Shown here in pieces: positions 42,446 through 59,495 of a stretch of DNA of 64,000 bases; the stretch's first letter is position 1, and every line of letters begins with the position of its first letter. Made by a program: the position numbers and the translations under genes. Below the pieces are notes generated by a model. The model did no database searches. It was not told where the DNA came from and saw only the letters and a program-made list of their open reading frames with translations. Source of the stretch: Nitrosopumilaceae archaeon (lineage in GTDB: Archaea; Thermoproteota; Nitrososphaeria; Nitrososphaerales; Nitrosopumilaceae); contig CBDBMG010000002.1 in the NCBI GenBank assembly GCA_965207375.1, forward strand, positions 320,001 through 384,000, in the 5' to 3' direction.

Positions 42446-42787
42446 ATAGACCTATTCCTGACCCATTATACTATCACTTATATGTCCATTTTATGACAGC
42501 CATTTTGGTGGTTATAATTATATAGGCACCTATGGATAGAAGCTTGTGGAAAACAACAACTAGCAAGCTATAACTATAACGAAATTATTTATTTGAAAAT
42601 AGTATTCTGATTTTGGCAATGAAGTACGTAGGTATCAGTTCGTTATGTAGCTTTACAGATTTTTGTGAAATAGCTATCCGTAAAAGGCCACTACCCCCAT
42701 TAAATGTAATAGATATTTGACTAGCTACCAAAAAGGCGGCCATAAAAGACGTAAGTGATACTATAACAGGTCAGGATTAAGGTCTAT
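42446..42787. mobile_element. MITE
   Basis: atagacctattcctgacc / ggtcaggattaaggtctat termini. Confidence 0.55.
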
Positions 42788-45770
42788 AGCTATTATCGGG
42801 AACTCTATAACTATAAGTGTTAGCTATACAATCTAACAGCTTTATTTGTAGTACTTTTAACTAAATCACATACTTTATGGTAGTATATTTTATGATAATA
42901 TATAAACACAGCTGTTGTCAATGGTAACTTAACCACGCCAGTATACATACACATTAAATCAGTATGATGACGATAGTTGTGTACCCTGCTGTTGCTTTAT
43001 GAATGATTAAATCATTAATAGACAAAGGTGTTTGGTAACTTGACCTCATTACATGACTACATGTAACTATTTTATTCAGTCTACAGGTAAACAGTAATGA
43101 GACTGTAAGCTGTACTTGTCACTTGATAAGAAGCCATACAACTAGTTACAGGAGGGGTTGTTTGTGTCAACTCAGTAAACTGTAAGTCAACAAGAGAATC
43201 TCCCTCTCAATGCAGCTATATACAGCCAGGTAGCTTTATAGCCATTTCCTTCATGTCATGTAGATATGAATTTAAACAAAAACAACTGCAAGGATATTCC
43301 ATAAAGACAATTTGTATTTGTTTCAATGGAGTTAGACACAGGAATGATGCAATAGTAACCCTTTGCAGTATACTGCAAGAGTGGGTTATTGCATCATCCC
43401 AATGGATATTCATAGGCAATGATTCTAAATGGCAGATACCCACAGTACAATATGGTAGCTAAACTATTGTTTGGACAAAAATAGGCCATCTACGTAATTG
43501 ACGTTCAGTAAACATGCAGGATAGTAGGTAAGAGAACAGAATAAAAATGATCAGCAATAATGGCTGGATCGATTGGCCAGTGTGGATGGAAAATAGCCAA
43601 TGACTGACAGATTGTTATATTGTACTCTGTTACCATGGTTAGCCACCATCCAAAACATTAACAGTTGTTTATTCAACTTCTTTTATCCGAGCAGTGTTGA
43701 ATTGGTCAACTATGTTGTTTATAAAGTTTAAGACACCACAAGCATCAGATGCATAACCTGGGGTTAAAAGAATGCTCCTATGGAATATGATGGTGCAGCA
43801 TCATCATGCAATCATACTTAAATCCCACTACGAGTAGGTTATTATCGTTATTACATGAGTCATAGAATGTGTCATCAGTTATCTATACTAACCACAGGGT
43901 AGACAACTTTAATCTCCTATCGAAGTCTTTGATCTCCCCACGCACTGGGATATAGATATATGAATTAGTTAAAATATTGTCACAAGTGCTATATACATAA
44001 AACAAAGCAAAAGGCGTCCAATCGAAATGATAATAAAGTAGCTACAAGGCAAACACCAAGGCAGTGCTTAACTTTGGTTGTATAACATGCACCAACTCTT
44101 ACTTGTAATACATTTTCTATACCTTACTATGCTATATTGATGCACCAATAGCTACTGATACTATAGCATTGTTATCAGGCCTAATTTAATAGTATCGTTT
44201 AGTTATTAAATTTTGATACTGGTCTCAATATCTGATGATGTCATAAAAGATTGGTTAAAATGATGAGTGTAGTTAGTGATAAATACGTTCTTAGTAAGAC
44301 TACCATAGTAGTAACAGTAACAACAGCTATAGCTATGGCTTAGTGCTTACCAAGACAAAAGAAATTCGTCTAACAGTTTTAGAGATGAGGTTTAGCAGTG
44401 GCAAATATTTTGACTGCTTTTTGCTTAGGGTTTTCAGATAGGCAAACAAACATAGCCTGCAAAAAATAAACATATAACAATGTGTGTGGGCAGCCAGGGA
44501 GTTAACAGGAAGATATGAAAGCTATTTACCACCAAATAACTCAATATTCGCCCTGTGTAAATTACACTACGTACTTTAGTAAAGTTAAAGATGGCAGCTG
44601 ATATCTACATATTTAAATTTTGAATTTTCAAAGTTTCTGTAAAATTTTAGATAGCTAGCTGGATAATGAAAGCCAAGGTAGAACTATATTAGCTACTTAA
44701 GTAAATTCTGTGATTCTAAATTTATTAAATAAGGTGCAAGGCGTGTTATAATCAATGTGAACTTTTCTGTATTTGTATCATTTAATTGATAATCTTAATT
44801 GCTGACAATAGGACTAACATCCAGCGACTTATTTGATGATTGTGAATATCGTAAATATATAGGAAAAATTCATGTGGTCAGCATGCATGTCAGAATAATT
44901 GTTCCCTGGATGGCTAAAATTATTCACCAAATTACCTAAGTGCCCATAATCATGGAATATTCTTGTTTCTCTTTCAGCTATTATGATTAGTGCATAAACG
45001 AATGTCAGCTTATACGTAACATTCGGAAGTTTGTCTACAACCTTTGAAGCTTCAAATGAATGTTTCTTACACTTACTTTTGTCAAAGATATTTATTCACT
45101 GTTAGTGATAATATGTACATGTACTAAAGTTACCTGAAAAAACTTTCTTCTCCATAAGGCACACATATAATAGTCTTGTGTGGCTAAATTCACCTTTTTG
45201 GCTGCTCACGTAGCAGACAAGGATTGCACAATCACCAATATACTCCACTACGTAGTGAGGTATAAACATTTTGAATGTTGCATTTAACATTTGAAGGTTG
45301 GAACCTTCAAAGGTTTGTTCGAATCCAGTACATTTGTTTATGCACTAATTGTGATACATATGTAGTTAACACTACTAGAATGCATGGCTGTACCATAAAG
45401 TTAACTACTCATCGTGGATCATTGGATTTCTTTTGCAAAGCAAATAATCGAAATAGTCATAGTACTGTAATATAGCTTTGCCAATCCCATATAGGCTGTT
45501 ACAAGCTTGCATGATTGTAGCAAACGTGTGGCAAGCTTGCATTATCCTTTGCAAGGTGCATACAACCTTATGAAAGTTGCATGTACAAGTTGTATAACCT
45601 TGCATGATGGTTGCAAAATTATTGTCAAATAATAAAGCTGTTTCCCACTAGCAGATCTCACAATAAATGACTAGCTATATACGTAGGTAGAGGGTGTGAA
45701 TCATAAAGTGAAGAGAATCATGAAGTAAAGATTGTAAATTGAATCTGCTGTGTGGTGCATCTTTGTAAAG

Positions 45771-46564
45771 TATGGTACAGCTCGATTTAAACTTCAAGAA
45801 GACTTGTGTGTGCAATGGCATACGCACTACACGAGCAGCAAAAAAACTTGTTCCATATTAGCAAGTGCACTAGAAATTGATGACGTCTAAATTGCTTGCG
45901 GAGAGTAAAACACTTGTTCCGAGTCTAAATGAGCTCGTAATGTGAGTGCATTCATAGATATTATGGGCTACACATACATTTCCAATCCAGTATGCATATT
46001 CTATAATATCTACGGTGTACTTGACATGCGCCATCGAGTTGAGTACATATTTCACCTATGTGCACGTATGTAAGTACGTAGCTACGTATGTAGATACTTT
46101 GTAACTGGCTGGCAATGTTTCCAATTTCTTTAAGGTAAGGTACAACGTGCCCTTCTATTATCTCTGTTTAAGAACAAAAACGTACATCACGTGCACGCAT
46201 GATTCTAATAATTTAATGTGACTAACACATGCTTGTCAGCAGGTGCTTTTATTTGAGCAGTGATAACATATATGAAGATTGACAGAATCAATTGGATTGT
46301 TTTTGTGCTTGCTTTAGCCTTCCCATCTTTAAATTGCTTGCATACACATAATGAACTTACACGGTTCCATTGTCCTACATAGTATGCTCGTGTGGTGCAG
46401 CTTACTTGTTGCTTGTGATGATTACAAAGATTAATGTTTGTGCACTGCACGCGAATTTCTCATGCAGTTGTCTACAGACACGCTAAAAAATACTCGGAAA
46501 GAGTTACAAAATACACGTGTGTTACTCACTTGTGTGCTTAAAGTTTAAATTGAGCTGTACCATA
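45771..46564. mobile_element. Non-autonomous TIR element of the GGTACAGCTC family
   Basis: tatggtacagctcgatttaaactt / aagtttaaattgagctgtaccata. Confidence 0.75.
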
Positions 46565-47272
46565 AGTATCCTAGCCATGAAAGTGGCTTATAAATGCCCA
46601 AATACAAGAGATTACTAACACCTTCCAATGTAGAAGTCATTGTAATGCTACATACTAAGTCCAAATTGTAAAAGGTGTTTACAACATTGTAGCAAGGTGG
46701 AAAACTTGCAATTCAATGGTGTTTTCTAGATTGCTATAACCCGGTACACAACCTTGTATCAAAACAAGATGTTAACAAGGTAGAAAGGATTGTATAGTTA
46801 TAAAATGTAGCTACAGTTACCGTGCACATACAAATTTTCAAGGGACATACGTACACAAATCCAAGCTTTTGACCTTTTCATAATTATATTTTCACAAATG
46901 CTTAAGCCAAGTCTTAATAATCAATGGTAGTATTCTAATATGTAGGACTAAAATTTCATGAAAGCACTATCTTCCGTGAAATTCGTGAAATTTACATCCC
47001 TCAAGAATTTGTAAGTAGCTGTATGGTATACACTGCACATTTCCTTAACGCTAAGTTTTAAGATGACTGCCACTAGTTACGTATGTAGCCACGTAGATTT
47101 CTCAATACTCCAAATTGCTATGCCACATTGAAAATATAACTATGCAATGTCTTTGTAATTGAAACAATAGACTCCATACAGAAACAAGCTAAATGTCACA
47201 AATCCCAAACACACACAACTGTACGCTTAACTAATAACACTCAATCATGGATAAACACAACAATGTCGTTAC

Positions 47273-50200
47273 CATTGAAAACTCTTGTAACTGATTCCAG
47301 ATGCCGGGGCCTATGCAACACAGGTATATAATCATATTACTATACAAATAAAACTACATGTTTAACTGACCTCATGGCATACATTTTTGCTCAACTTGTA
47401 ACAATAATGAGACAGCTTTATGATAGTACCTAATGTGATGCACGTACAACTAAAGGTGATCGCTCAATGAGAATTATGAACTCACCAAACTGAAAGTCAA
47501 CCAGGGACTGTGTTAGCCTCTTAATATGTATCTCCTTCATGTAGATATGAAACTTCATTGCAGTCAATAAGAACAGCTGATAAACATTGATAATGATTGT
47601 ATCAGTGGAGTTTATCTATATATTTGTACAATACCAATTATTATAGTTTTCATGTGATACGTAGGTAATACTTACCTCAGGGCTAAGTAGTAGGGGTTGA
47701 CATTTGTTGTGTATGGTACTATAAACAAATCAATAATTAAAGTCATGTTGTATAAACATGGTCATATATACACATAGGTACGTACACATACACATACATA
47801 CATACGTACATACATACATACATACATACATACACACACACATACATACATACATACACACACATACATACATACATACATACATACATACATACATACA
47901 TACATACATACATACATACATACATACACACATACATACATACATATTATTATACATACATACATACACATACATACGTACATACATACATACGGTACAG
48001 CTCAAAGGCAACTTGATGCCCGCACGTGGGTTGCCAGGTGAACATGTGCGGGCAAACTTACAAACGGGCACAGGCGTGGGTGCCTGTAACGTTCCTCACC
48101 AACCCGATGGGCACCTGTTTCGATCAAGGTTCTTAATACATAAATACTCACCGCTGTATGAGCAACCTTTGCTGCATTATTTATTTACAGTAGTCTGTGA
48201 ATCCTTGAGCGAGTCCTCAAGGGTTATTATCGATTAATCTCACGATACACATAACTAGGTAAGGCACTTATAAGTATAAGCCCCCATGCGTGTTATCAAA
48301 GAATATAATGTTTTAGTCAGTTCTCAAAGTAAATCATGGTGATACAACTAGCTACCCTTGTTCTTGTCTCCATATATAAGCAAGGGAAGGCAGTACAACC
48401 GATTGATACACCAACTAGAAGGTATAAAACTGGCCGATAAGTTATAATTGAACTATATGTTTATATATATATCTTGATGTATATTAAGCTAACCATACAA
48501 ATCTGCATGAAGAACTGAGGAAGGTGGAGAGTAACCCGCATCATTACCTGTTACAATTATATATTAGCATGCGTGTATGCGTGCACACGCAAACACAGGC
48601 GCGTGCAACGAGAGAGAAACACGCGTGTAAAATACCCGTGTGAATCAAGTTGCCTTTGAGCTGTACCAGAGGAGGTTGGTCACGCTTTAAGCGCCGCAGA
48701 AAATATTTTCACTAAACGTTAGAGTTCCTGGCTGTTACGCAGATTGGTATGGCGATATCCAGTCAGTCAGTCATTATATTGACTATTGTTTGGGTAGAGA
48801 AAGGCTGAACGTGCTAATCTGCAGTATGCGCTATTAATATTTTAAACCCGCTAAACCAGAGATATTGCTATAAAATCTATACCACCATAAAGCTTACGTG
48901 GAGTACTATCCAATTATTTAATCTACCCCATTCAACCCCGTCATTGCCGATTTTTGTATTGTAGCCTATGGGCTCACGTGAAATATTTTTGAAAATATGC
49001 AGCATGCACGTGCGCATGTCCAACCTCCTCTGGAGCTGTACCGTACATATATACATACACATACATACATACATATTAAAGATGATTTCCCTATCATTAA
49101 AATTTGATCACTTAGTAATAGTTATATTTAAAAATCTTTGATTTAAAAAGTGAATAGGGATCACAACGATAACAAGTTAGAGTAGGAAACAAGTTAGAGA
49201 TTGAGCTCATAAAAAGCATCAATGATTATACTCTTATAATTTTCCCATAAATTATAAAAGTACACACGTATGTACACTCATAACACAAAACATATATACA
49301 AAGCATATATGCATAACACAAAAACATTATTTACTGCACAGATAAACTGTACTGTACATTGGAAACGTCCATTTTGTGTATGTTCTATTAGAGTATTTAG
49401 GACACAAAACAAAATATAACAGGAGCACCTTCACAGACCACATGCAGGAAATTTACTTAATATGTAGCTACAATATGCATGTTTACTTGATGAGAACTTG
49501 TTGCATATGAAGCAGTGGGTTCTGGTACAAACGCATTGTGATGGCATCTCTCAGTTCTACCGTACAAGAAAAAAACCAGTAAAAAGATACATAGTGTAAT
49601 ATTATGACAGAGGAAAATGTTGACAGAAAAACTAAAAATTTTCTCTAGTAGTGTATATATAGCTAATATATGTGGTGAAAGGTACTGTCCATCAATGTTG
49701 TATTTTATCAATTAAATGCTATGCTTTTGATATAGCCACCCTTTACCTTTAATAATCATCACATAGTGACATGTTAAAAACATACGTATGGTGCCATTTC
49801 AGATAAATGGCTCAGTTAGTCACTGCACCTTTTCATGTGATTGCTACACACATTAGTGATTGGAAAATAATCAGGTGGCAAGTGTAATGCCATTCTAAGA
49901 TCTTGTTTATACAATGTACTATGTATGTATATATATGTACGTATATATATGTCCATAAAAATTGTTTTGTTGATTGTGGGTTTTAAACTTAATTGTAATG
50001 TTGCTTTTGCTGTGTCATACATTACCTCTAACATTCACCAGAGTGTTTCTTAAGCCCTATTGAGGGAGTGCAACATTAAGCACAGGAGGTCTACTACACT
50101 GATAGATCATACAACTAGCTTATATAAGTTTCCAGAGACCCTTGGTCTAGGTTTGCAACATCAACAACATTTTTGCTCATAATCTCAGTGCTTGTAATAC

Positions 50201-51209
50201 TAACTCAAATGATATTGTCATCTCTTTGTATTTTGCATACATAGGCTTCTAACAAAGTTTTTGCATAACATGATAGCTGTGTTGAGTCTTACATAATATA
50301 ACCATGACAGTGAATTTTTGATACCGCCAACCCCACTATAATGGTATCTACTTTGAGCATCATTTTACCATACAGCATGCAAATACTCTGATTACCTGTG
50401 AATGAGTATCTGGAGTAGTCCACACGTACTTCCAGTGTTACAGTATTAACAAGATAACCACACCATGGCAACCACTGAGGTCCTGCAATCAGTGTTCTAT
50501 ACTCATGATTGTGAGTGGATACACATGCAGAGTTCAAATAGCAGCAGGCAATCAGTCATTTCCAACCAAAACTGGTCATTTCTAAGAACATATATTCAGC
50601 CCTTCTCCGACCACTTAAACTTTTATATACTACTACAAAATTGCAACAGCCAATCATATCTTCGTAAATGGTCAAACACCAAAGTATTTGACTATTCTTT
50701 TCATTCCTTATTTTGAACTTTGCACATACATACATACATACATACATACATACATACATACATACATACATACATACATACATACATACATACATACATA
50801 CATACATACATACATACATACATACATACATACATACATACATACATACATACATACAATGCTGTACCATCTGTACTGATCTTAGCTTCTCTGCCTTCAG
50901 CTGTCTCAAAGTTCTTGACAGTTTTGTTCACATTAATGAAACAGTTGTACTCAGGTATTCCTTGTGTTACATTGATTATGAACACACACTGATATCAGTG
51001 TGCATACCTCTTGTCATTATATCATAAAATCTTGTGGCTACTGTAGCAGATTTTGTAACTAGTAAAAAGTTATCAGCTAATCTTATCATGACCTGTATAT
51101 GAAATGCAATACAGATAATTGTTGAAACATCAATACAATAAGTGTACATACACTTTCGGATGGATCCAGCCTTGGCAAATACTGTCTTTCCATTGCAGCA
51201 TAGTAGTAA
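47273..51209 (-). CDS. TERT: Telomerase reverse transcriptase, 3' exons (after motif B' through motifs C, D, E and CTE)
   Basis: Phase-compatible GT-AG exons 51209-51152, 51092-51008, 50960-50868, 50482-50396, 49556-49487, 47718-47676, 47615-47486, 47429-47371, 47310-47273 give YYAAME..VMIRLADNFLLVT..GIPEYNCFINVNKTVKNF..WLPWCGYLVNTVTLEVRVDYSRY..HNKCQPLLLSPEINSTDTIIINVYQLFLLTAMKFH..FQW; last exon uncertain. Confidence 0.9.
47766..47990. repeat. (TACA)n microsatellite in a TERT intron
   Basis: tacatacataca array. Confidence 0.95.
47991..49045. mobile_element. Two joined GGTACAGCTC-family TIR elements in a TERT intron
   Basis: tacggtacagctcaaaggcaacttgat..atcaagttgcctttgagctgta (ends 48665), then ccagaggaggttgg..ccaacctcctctggagctgtaccgta. 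Confidence 0.75.
50724..50857. repeat. (TACA)n microsatellite in a TERT intron
   Basis: ~33 perfect units. Confidence 0.97.
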
Positions 51210-51356
51210 CTATACAAGATATAAAAATACTCACAAAATAGTGAAATCGAGGGATCCGCAACAAGGAAAATTGTCTATGAGATTTTAAAATCTTAAAGGT
51301 TCAGGAAAAATTTCAAAAAGATTTCAAGGGTCCGCGACTCACTATCGTGAGTCTTG

Positions 51357-51773
51357 ATGCTAAACAAAAACAGCCTGGCTATAAAAAAGTGCGAGGCCAA
51401 TCAGAAGCCACAATGGTTATAAGCGACCAAAAACTCTGATATCAAGTAAGGCCAAGAAGTTGAACATTTATTAAGAATCCTTTTACTTGAATGACATACA
51501 ATAGTTTACAGGGCATTTTCACAACTATGATTGGCTTTGTCACTTGGCCACCTTATTAAAGATGATGGTACAAAAAGGTGGCCAAGTGACAAAGCCAATT
51601 ATAGTTGTGAAAATGCCCTGTAAACTATTGTATGTCATTCAAGTAAAAGGATTCTTAATAAAATGTTCAACTTCTTGGCCTTACTTGATATCAGAGTTTT
51701 TGGTCGCTTATAACCATTGTGGCTTCTGATTGGCCTCGCACTTTTTTACAGCCAGGCTGTTTTTGTTTAGCAT
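51357..51773. mobile_element. Foldback MITE with ~200-bp arms
   Basis: atgctaaacaaaaacagcctggct... / ...agccaggctgtttttgtttagcat; terminus resembles that of 1026-1386. Confidence 0.85.
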
Positions 51774-51964
51774 TTCAATATACATTACACTAAACCAAAG
51801 ATCAAAGTTGCCTAAGGTGCATAGTTGTGATAACAAGTTTACACAAACCTTACCACTACAATAATCCGTATATTTTTGTCTACTCATGATCTTTGCAATC
51901 AAATAGCCACAATCCATGTATAAAGAATACACTTCTTATCACAACTAGAGAGAAATGGACTCAC

Positions 51965-54284
51965 TAGAGCCCATATATTCCGTAGTATGTACTGGTAAAT
52001 AAGTGTAAATTTTGGTAGGCGGTAGTAATTGCAAAGATCACGTAATCCTCTGTATCTTAACACATTTCATGCATAGAGTAAATTTATATAAGATAGCTAC
52101 ATAATACATGCATGGTTATGAGGTTATGAGGGATCCATACATACATACATATATCACGACTGTGAGAAGTATCACGATTATTATATAATGTTATATAAAA
52201 TCCTTTAGTGATGCAATATGTTGTAAGTGTACAATCTGTAGTGATGGTATTAGATGTAGCAACTTGTGTAAACTTGCTACACGAGTAACCAGTTTAGGGG
52301 AGATTTCAAAACTTTGATCTTCTAGTTAATGCAGTAAACATGTAAACATTAATTAGATATATAGTCTGCTGGTATTTTATTTTAACCTTCAACCTGTTCT
52401 GTGTATTAAGGGTCATGTACTTACAAAGTTGTGGTAGAAACTGTGGAGCATTGGCCAAATGCTTTAAGAAATGTTTTGCCATTCACAAAAGTGATTAATG
52501 GTTTTGCAAAAGGGCTGGATACTTTGGAAATGATCCAGTTTGGTGGGAAAATGGCTAGTGGGTAACAGGTATTTTTAATTGTATATTTATCAAGACTCAT
52601 GGTAGTAAGTTCCAAGGCCAAGAAGATATGTTGCAGCATGCACATACATCTGTGCAATCATTACATTGAGTTATTTACCCATAATAAGACTCTATCATGT
52701 ATGTAGAAGAAATGCTGTTGATACGCAGTAATTAAATTTAAATCTGTATATGCATTTCATCATCAGTTGTGGTTATATGGTAATTAGATGAGGGGATATA
52801 CAAGGGAAATTACCCAAATACAAACTGAAGCCTTTAAAAAGAAATTAATTAATTTACAAATGGTTTAGTTAATTCAGTTTAAGGAAGTGATGGAAATTCA
52901 CTTCCTTAACCAGCACATATGTACATACTATCAATACTCTACTCTCTATGGTACTACTGTGTAGGTGACTTCTGAATAACAAATCTTTATGTCATACTTG
53001 TGCTAGTAGACGGTGCAAAACAAAATACCAAAATCCATTCAAATAATGGAATTAGCACATCATTTTTTTAATAAAAAGAGTGAATTATAGTAAACATACT
53101 GTGTGCCAAGTTGGTAGCCAGTAGTTCCTTCAAAGCTGTATTTTAAACCCACAAACTTTAAGTTGTTGAAGCTGATTATAATATTTACTATTTAAGTTAC
53201 AATCATCACAACGTACGATAAGCAATGAAGCATCATTATAAGATAAGGTGATATTATGGGATTATGAGGACAATCGTGATGTATTTTCACCATGTTTATA
53301 ATAATGATATTAGCTCTTTACAATCGTGTTGAATAATACTACAAAGAATTCTTTAATTGTACACTTTTCCTTGCTTAAAACTGTTTCAACATTTCTAGCA
53401 GTGGCTGAGGAAACTATTGAAAGTTGGGGGAGCCACTGAAGTGATTTTCTATTGCAAAAATTAGATTCCTATGGAGAGTCTTAAAATTTAAGAGGGCCAT
53501 GGCCTGCCCCCTACGTACTTCCGCTAGTAGTAAACTTACATAGGCCAGGGTATAACCAATGTGTATAATTATTATGAAGCACAAAATAGCCTACTCTAAA
53601 CTGTTAGTGTGTATGTTTCCATATACCTGTATCTTATTTGATATGTCGTGACTTACAATTATAGTCATAATAAAACATAAAATAATCACTAGAAGTGAAA
53701 CGTTTAATCTTATGAGTAGTGTTAAGACAACAAATGTCTGAGCATGCCTACAAATTTGAGAAGGTATATCACAGATCTATGGGCTAGATAAGTAACCACA
53801 AGATACATACATATCTATCGGAAATAATATAAGAATCTGAAGCCTTTGATAGACTAAGATTTGGACAGACTTCAAGACCACATCTAATTACTAAAACAGC
53901 ATTTGCCTAACTACAAAAGAAGCCATGCATGTGCTAACAGCTGATTTAATAATTAATAAACTTAGTAATTATTAAATGTTGATGAATTAACTGCATTATA
54001 ATTCATTTATAAGATCAACAGTTTTTGCTGTTAAAATGCTGACTATAGATACATAGGTACTCACAATCTGTTCATATATGTAATACAACTATATATAGCA
54101 GGTGTACTGTTGGCATTGGCTAGCTGTTCAAGTTTAAATGCTAAAGCGACAAGTTTTGTGCATATCAAATCTGCAAACAGCTGCTGAGTAAACTACATAT
54201 ACAAGAGATCCCCTTACTTTGCTAATATCAGGGCTATTCAAATTACATTTTTCACTTTGGCTCTCCCACCAATGATTACATGGC
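51965..54284 (-). pseudogene. Exons of an unidentified, partly Cys-rich non-TERT gene inside the TERT locus
   Basis: AG/GT-bounded open segments ~54284-54218, ~54180-54065, 53883-53811, 53747-53657, 53207-53100, ~52632-52424, ~52049-51965; the middle four join in phase. Confidence 0.4.
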
Positions 54285-54737
54285 CTACCACATTAGTGAG
54301 AAAATTTGGCATGGAAGTGGCGGTTTGATGGATTTGAATGGTACCACCAATTTTGATTCTGCCAATCACTCACATTTGCACATGAAGCATTGGCTCAATT
54401 TTAGGACCTCCACCAAAATTAAAATCTGCTAAATGCCAAACCTGCCAAATTAAAACACCGTTACTTTTTAAACATGCATGTCAGCCAACTGCCTGGTTTC
54501 TAGTTCTTACAACACATAACATAATTAAACATCAAAACAATTTACATAGTAAGAACAAACAAGTAATGACAATACCAAATAGGTATGCAAAAACATGTGA
54601 CTGGTTATGTATCTGCACATAAAAGAGTAATATAGAACAGCAACTATAAAATTATGAAAACACTTGGTATGTTTATAGTTAGCAAGTGGTGTAATATGTT
54701 TTCATATTTTGCTTTCTACAGACAAAGAACAACTCAC

Positions 54738-58573
<3,836 letters not shown>

Positions 58574-59495
58574 ACATTAGTATTCTGTTATTATTCCCTT
58601 ACCGCGTAAATCTAAGCACATGGTCACGGTGAAGAGCGCCAAAGGGGTAAACCATGGGTAAAACCCTTGGAAAACCCTGTAGTCCGAAACCGCGATTCCG
58701 TATACGTAGTTAAACTATTTTAAGAACACAAGTTTTTTCTTTGGAATTTTTCATGTGCGATTTTAATACTCCACGGTGAAGTTACATCTTGTTTCAGTCT
58801 GATTCCTTGGACACTTTTGAAGGTATTGTTTATTACTGTGGTTTACCAGAGATAATATATAGGGCGTATCTCTGTGTTTACTGACAAATCTGTATGTAGT
58901 TATGCTGTTTGGTGTGTCGTATCCGTGGCTCCATAGATTGAAACCCCAGGTATGATGGTCTGAAAAGGAGTTCTGAACTGATTTTGCATTTTATTACCGT
59001 ATAGTGCACCATTTTATTTAGGCGCCAACAAATTTAAGTTCAGGAATGTTTAATAGTTAATTTGCTCACATCTTGTTTGCATAAACGTACTCACAGCTGA
59101 TCCTTTTCATAAAATTTTTATCAATACTATTCCACCTGTGAAAAGTTGTTTAAACTTTGCTGGAAAGATGCCTCAAATCTTTTATGATTTGATTGGATTA
59201 ACCAGTGTTCAGTGATGCATCCTAGCACATAGTACTAGAGTTGCCAGATGGCTTTTCTATTAGAGGCACATGAAAGAATGATGATCAACTATGCCAAACT
59301 ACACAGAAACAGCCATCTACGTATCTTTAAATATACTGCAGTTGTGCATTGGTTTATGCCACATACCGTATAGAGGGAAACTTTGGCGGGGAAAAACTTT
59401 GGCGAATTTGGCGAATTGCTCAAATTCGCCAAAGTTTAATTCGCCAATTACTTACAATCTTGTCATGTGCAGAACCCGTTGCCCACTGGAAGAAA

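Noticed and set aside
42990-45270. Coding-like stretches suggesting further decayed genes
   Set aside because: No recognisable motif or consistent frame; needs BLASTX.
47730-48237. Low-complexity ORFs here and at 20819-21071, 38770-39041, 50556-51027
   Set aside because: Translations of microsatellites; only 50868-50960 is a real TERT exon.
50020-50060. Candidate frameshifted TERT exon
   Set aside because: Exon 49556-49487 joins its neighbours in phase and fits TERT better.
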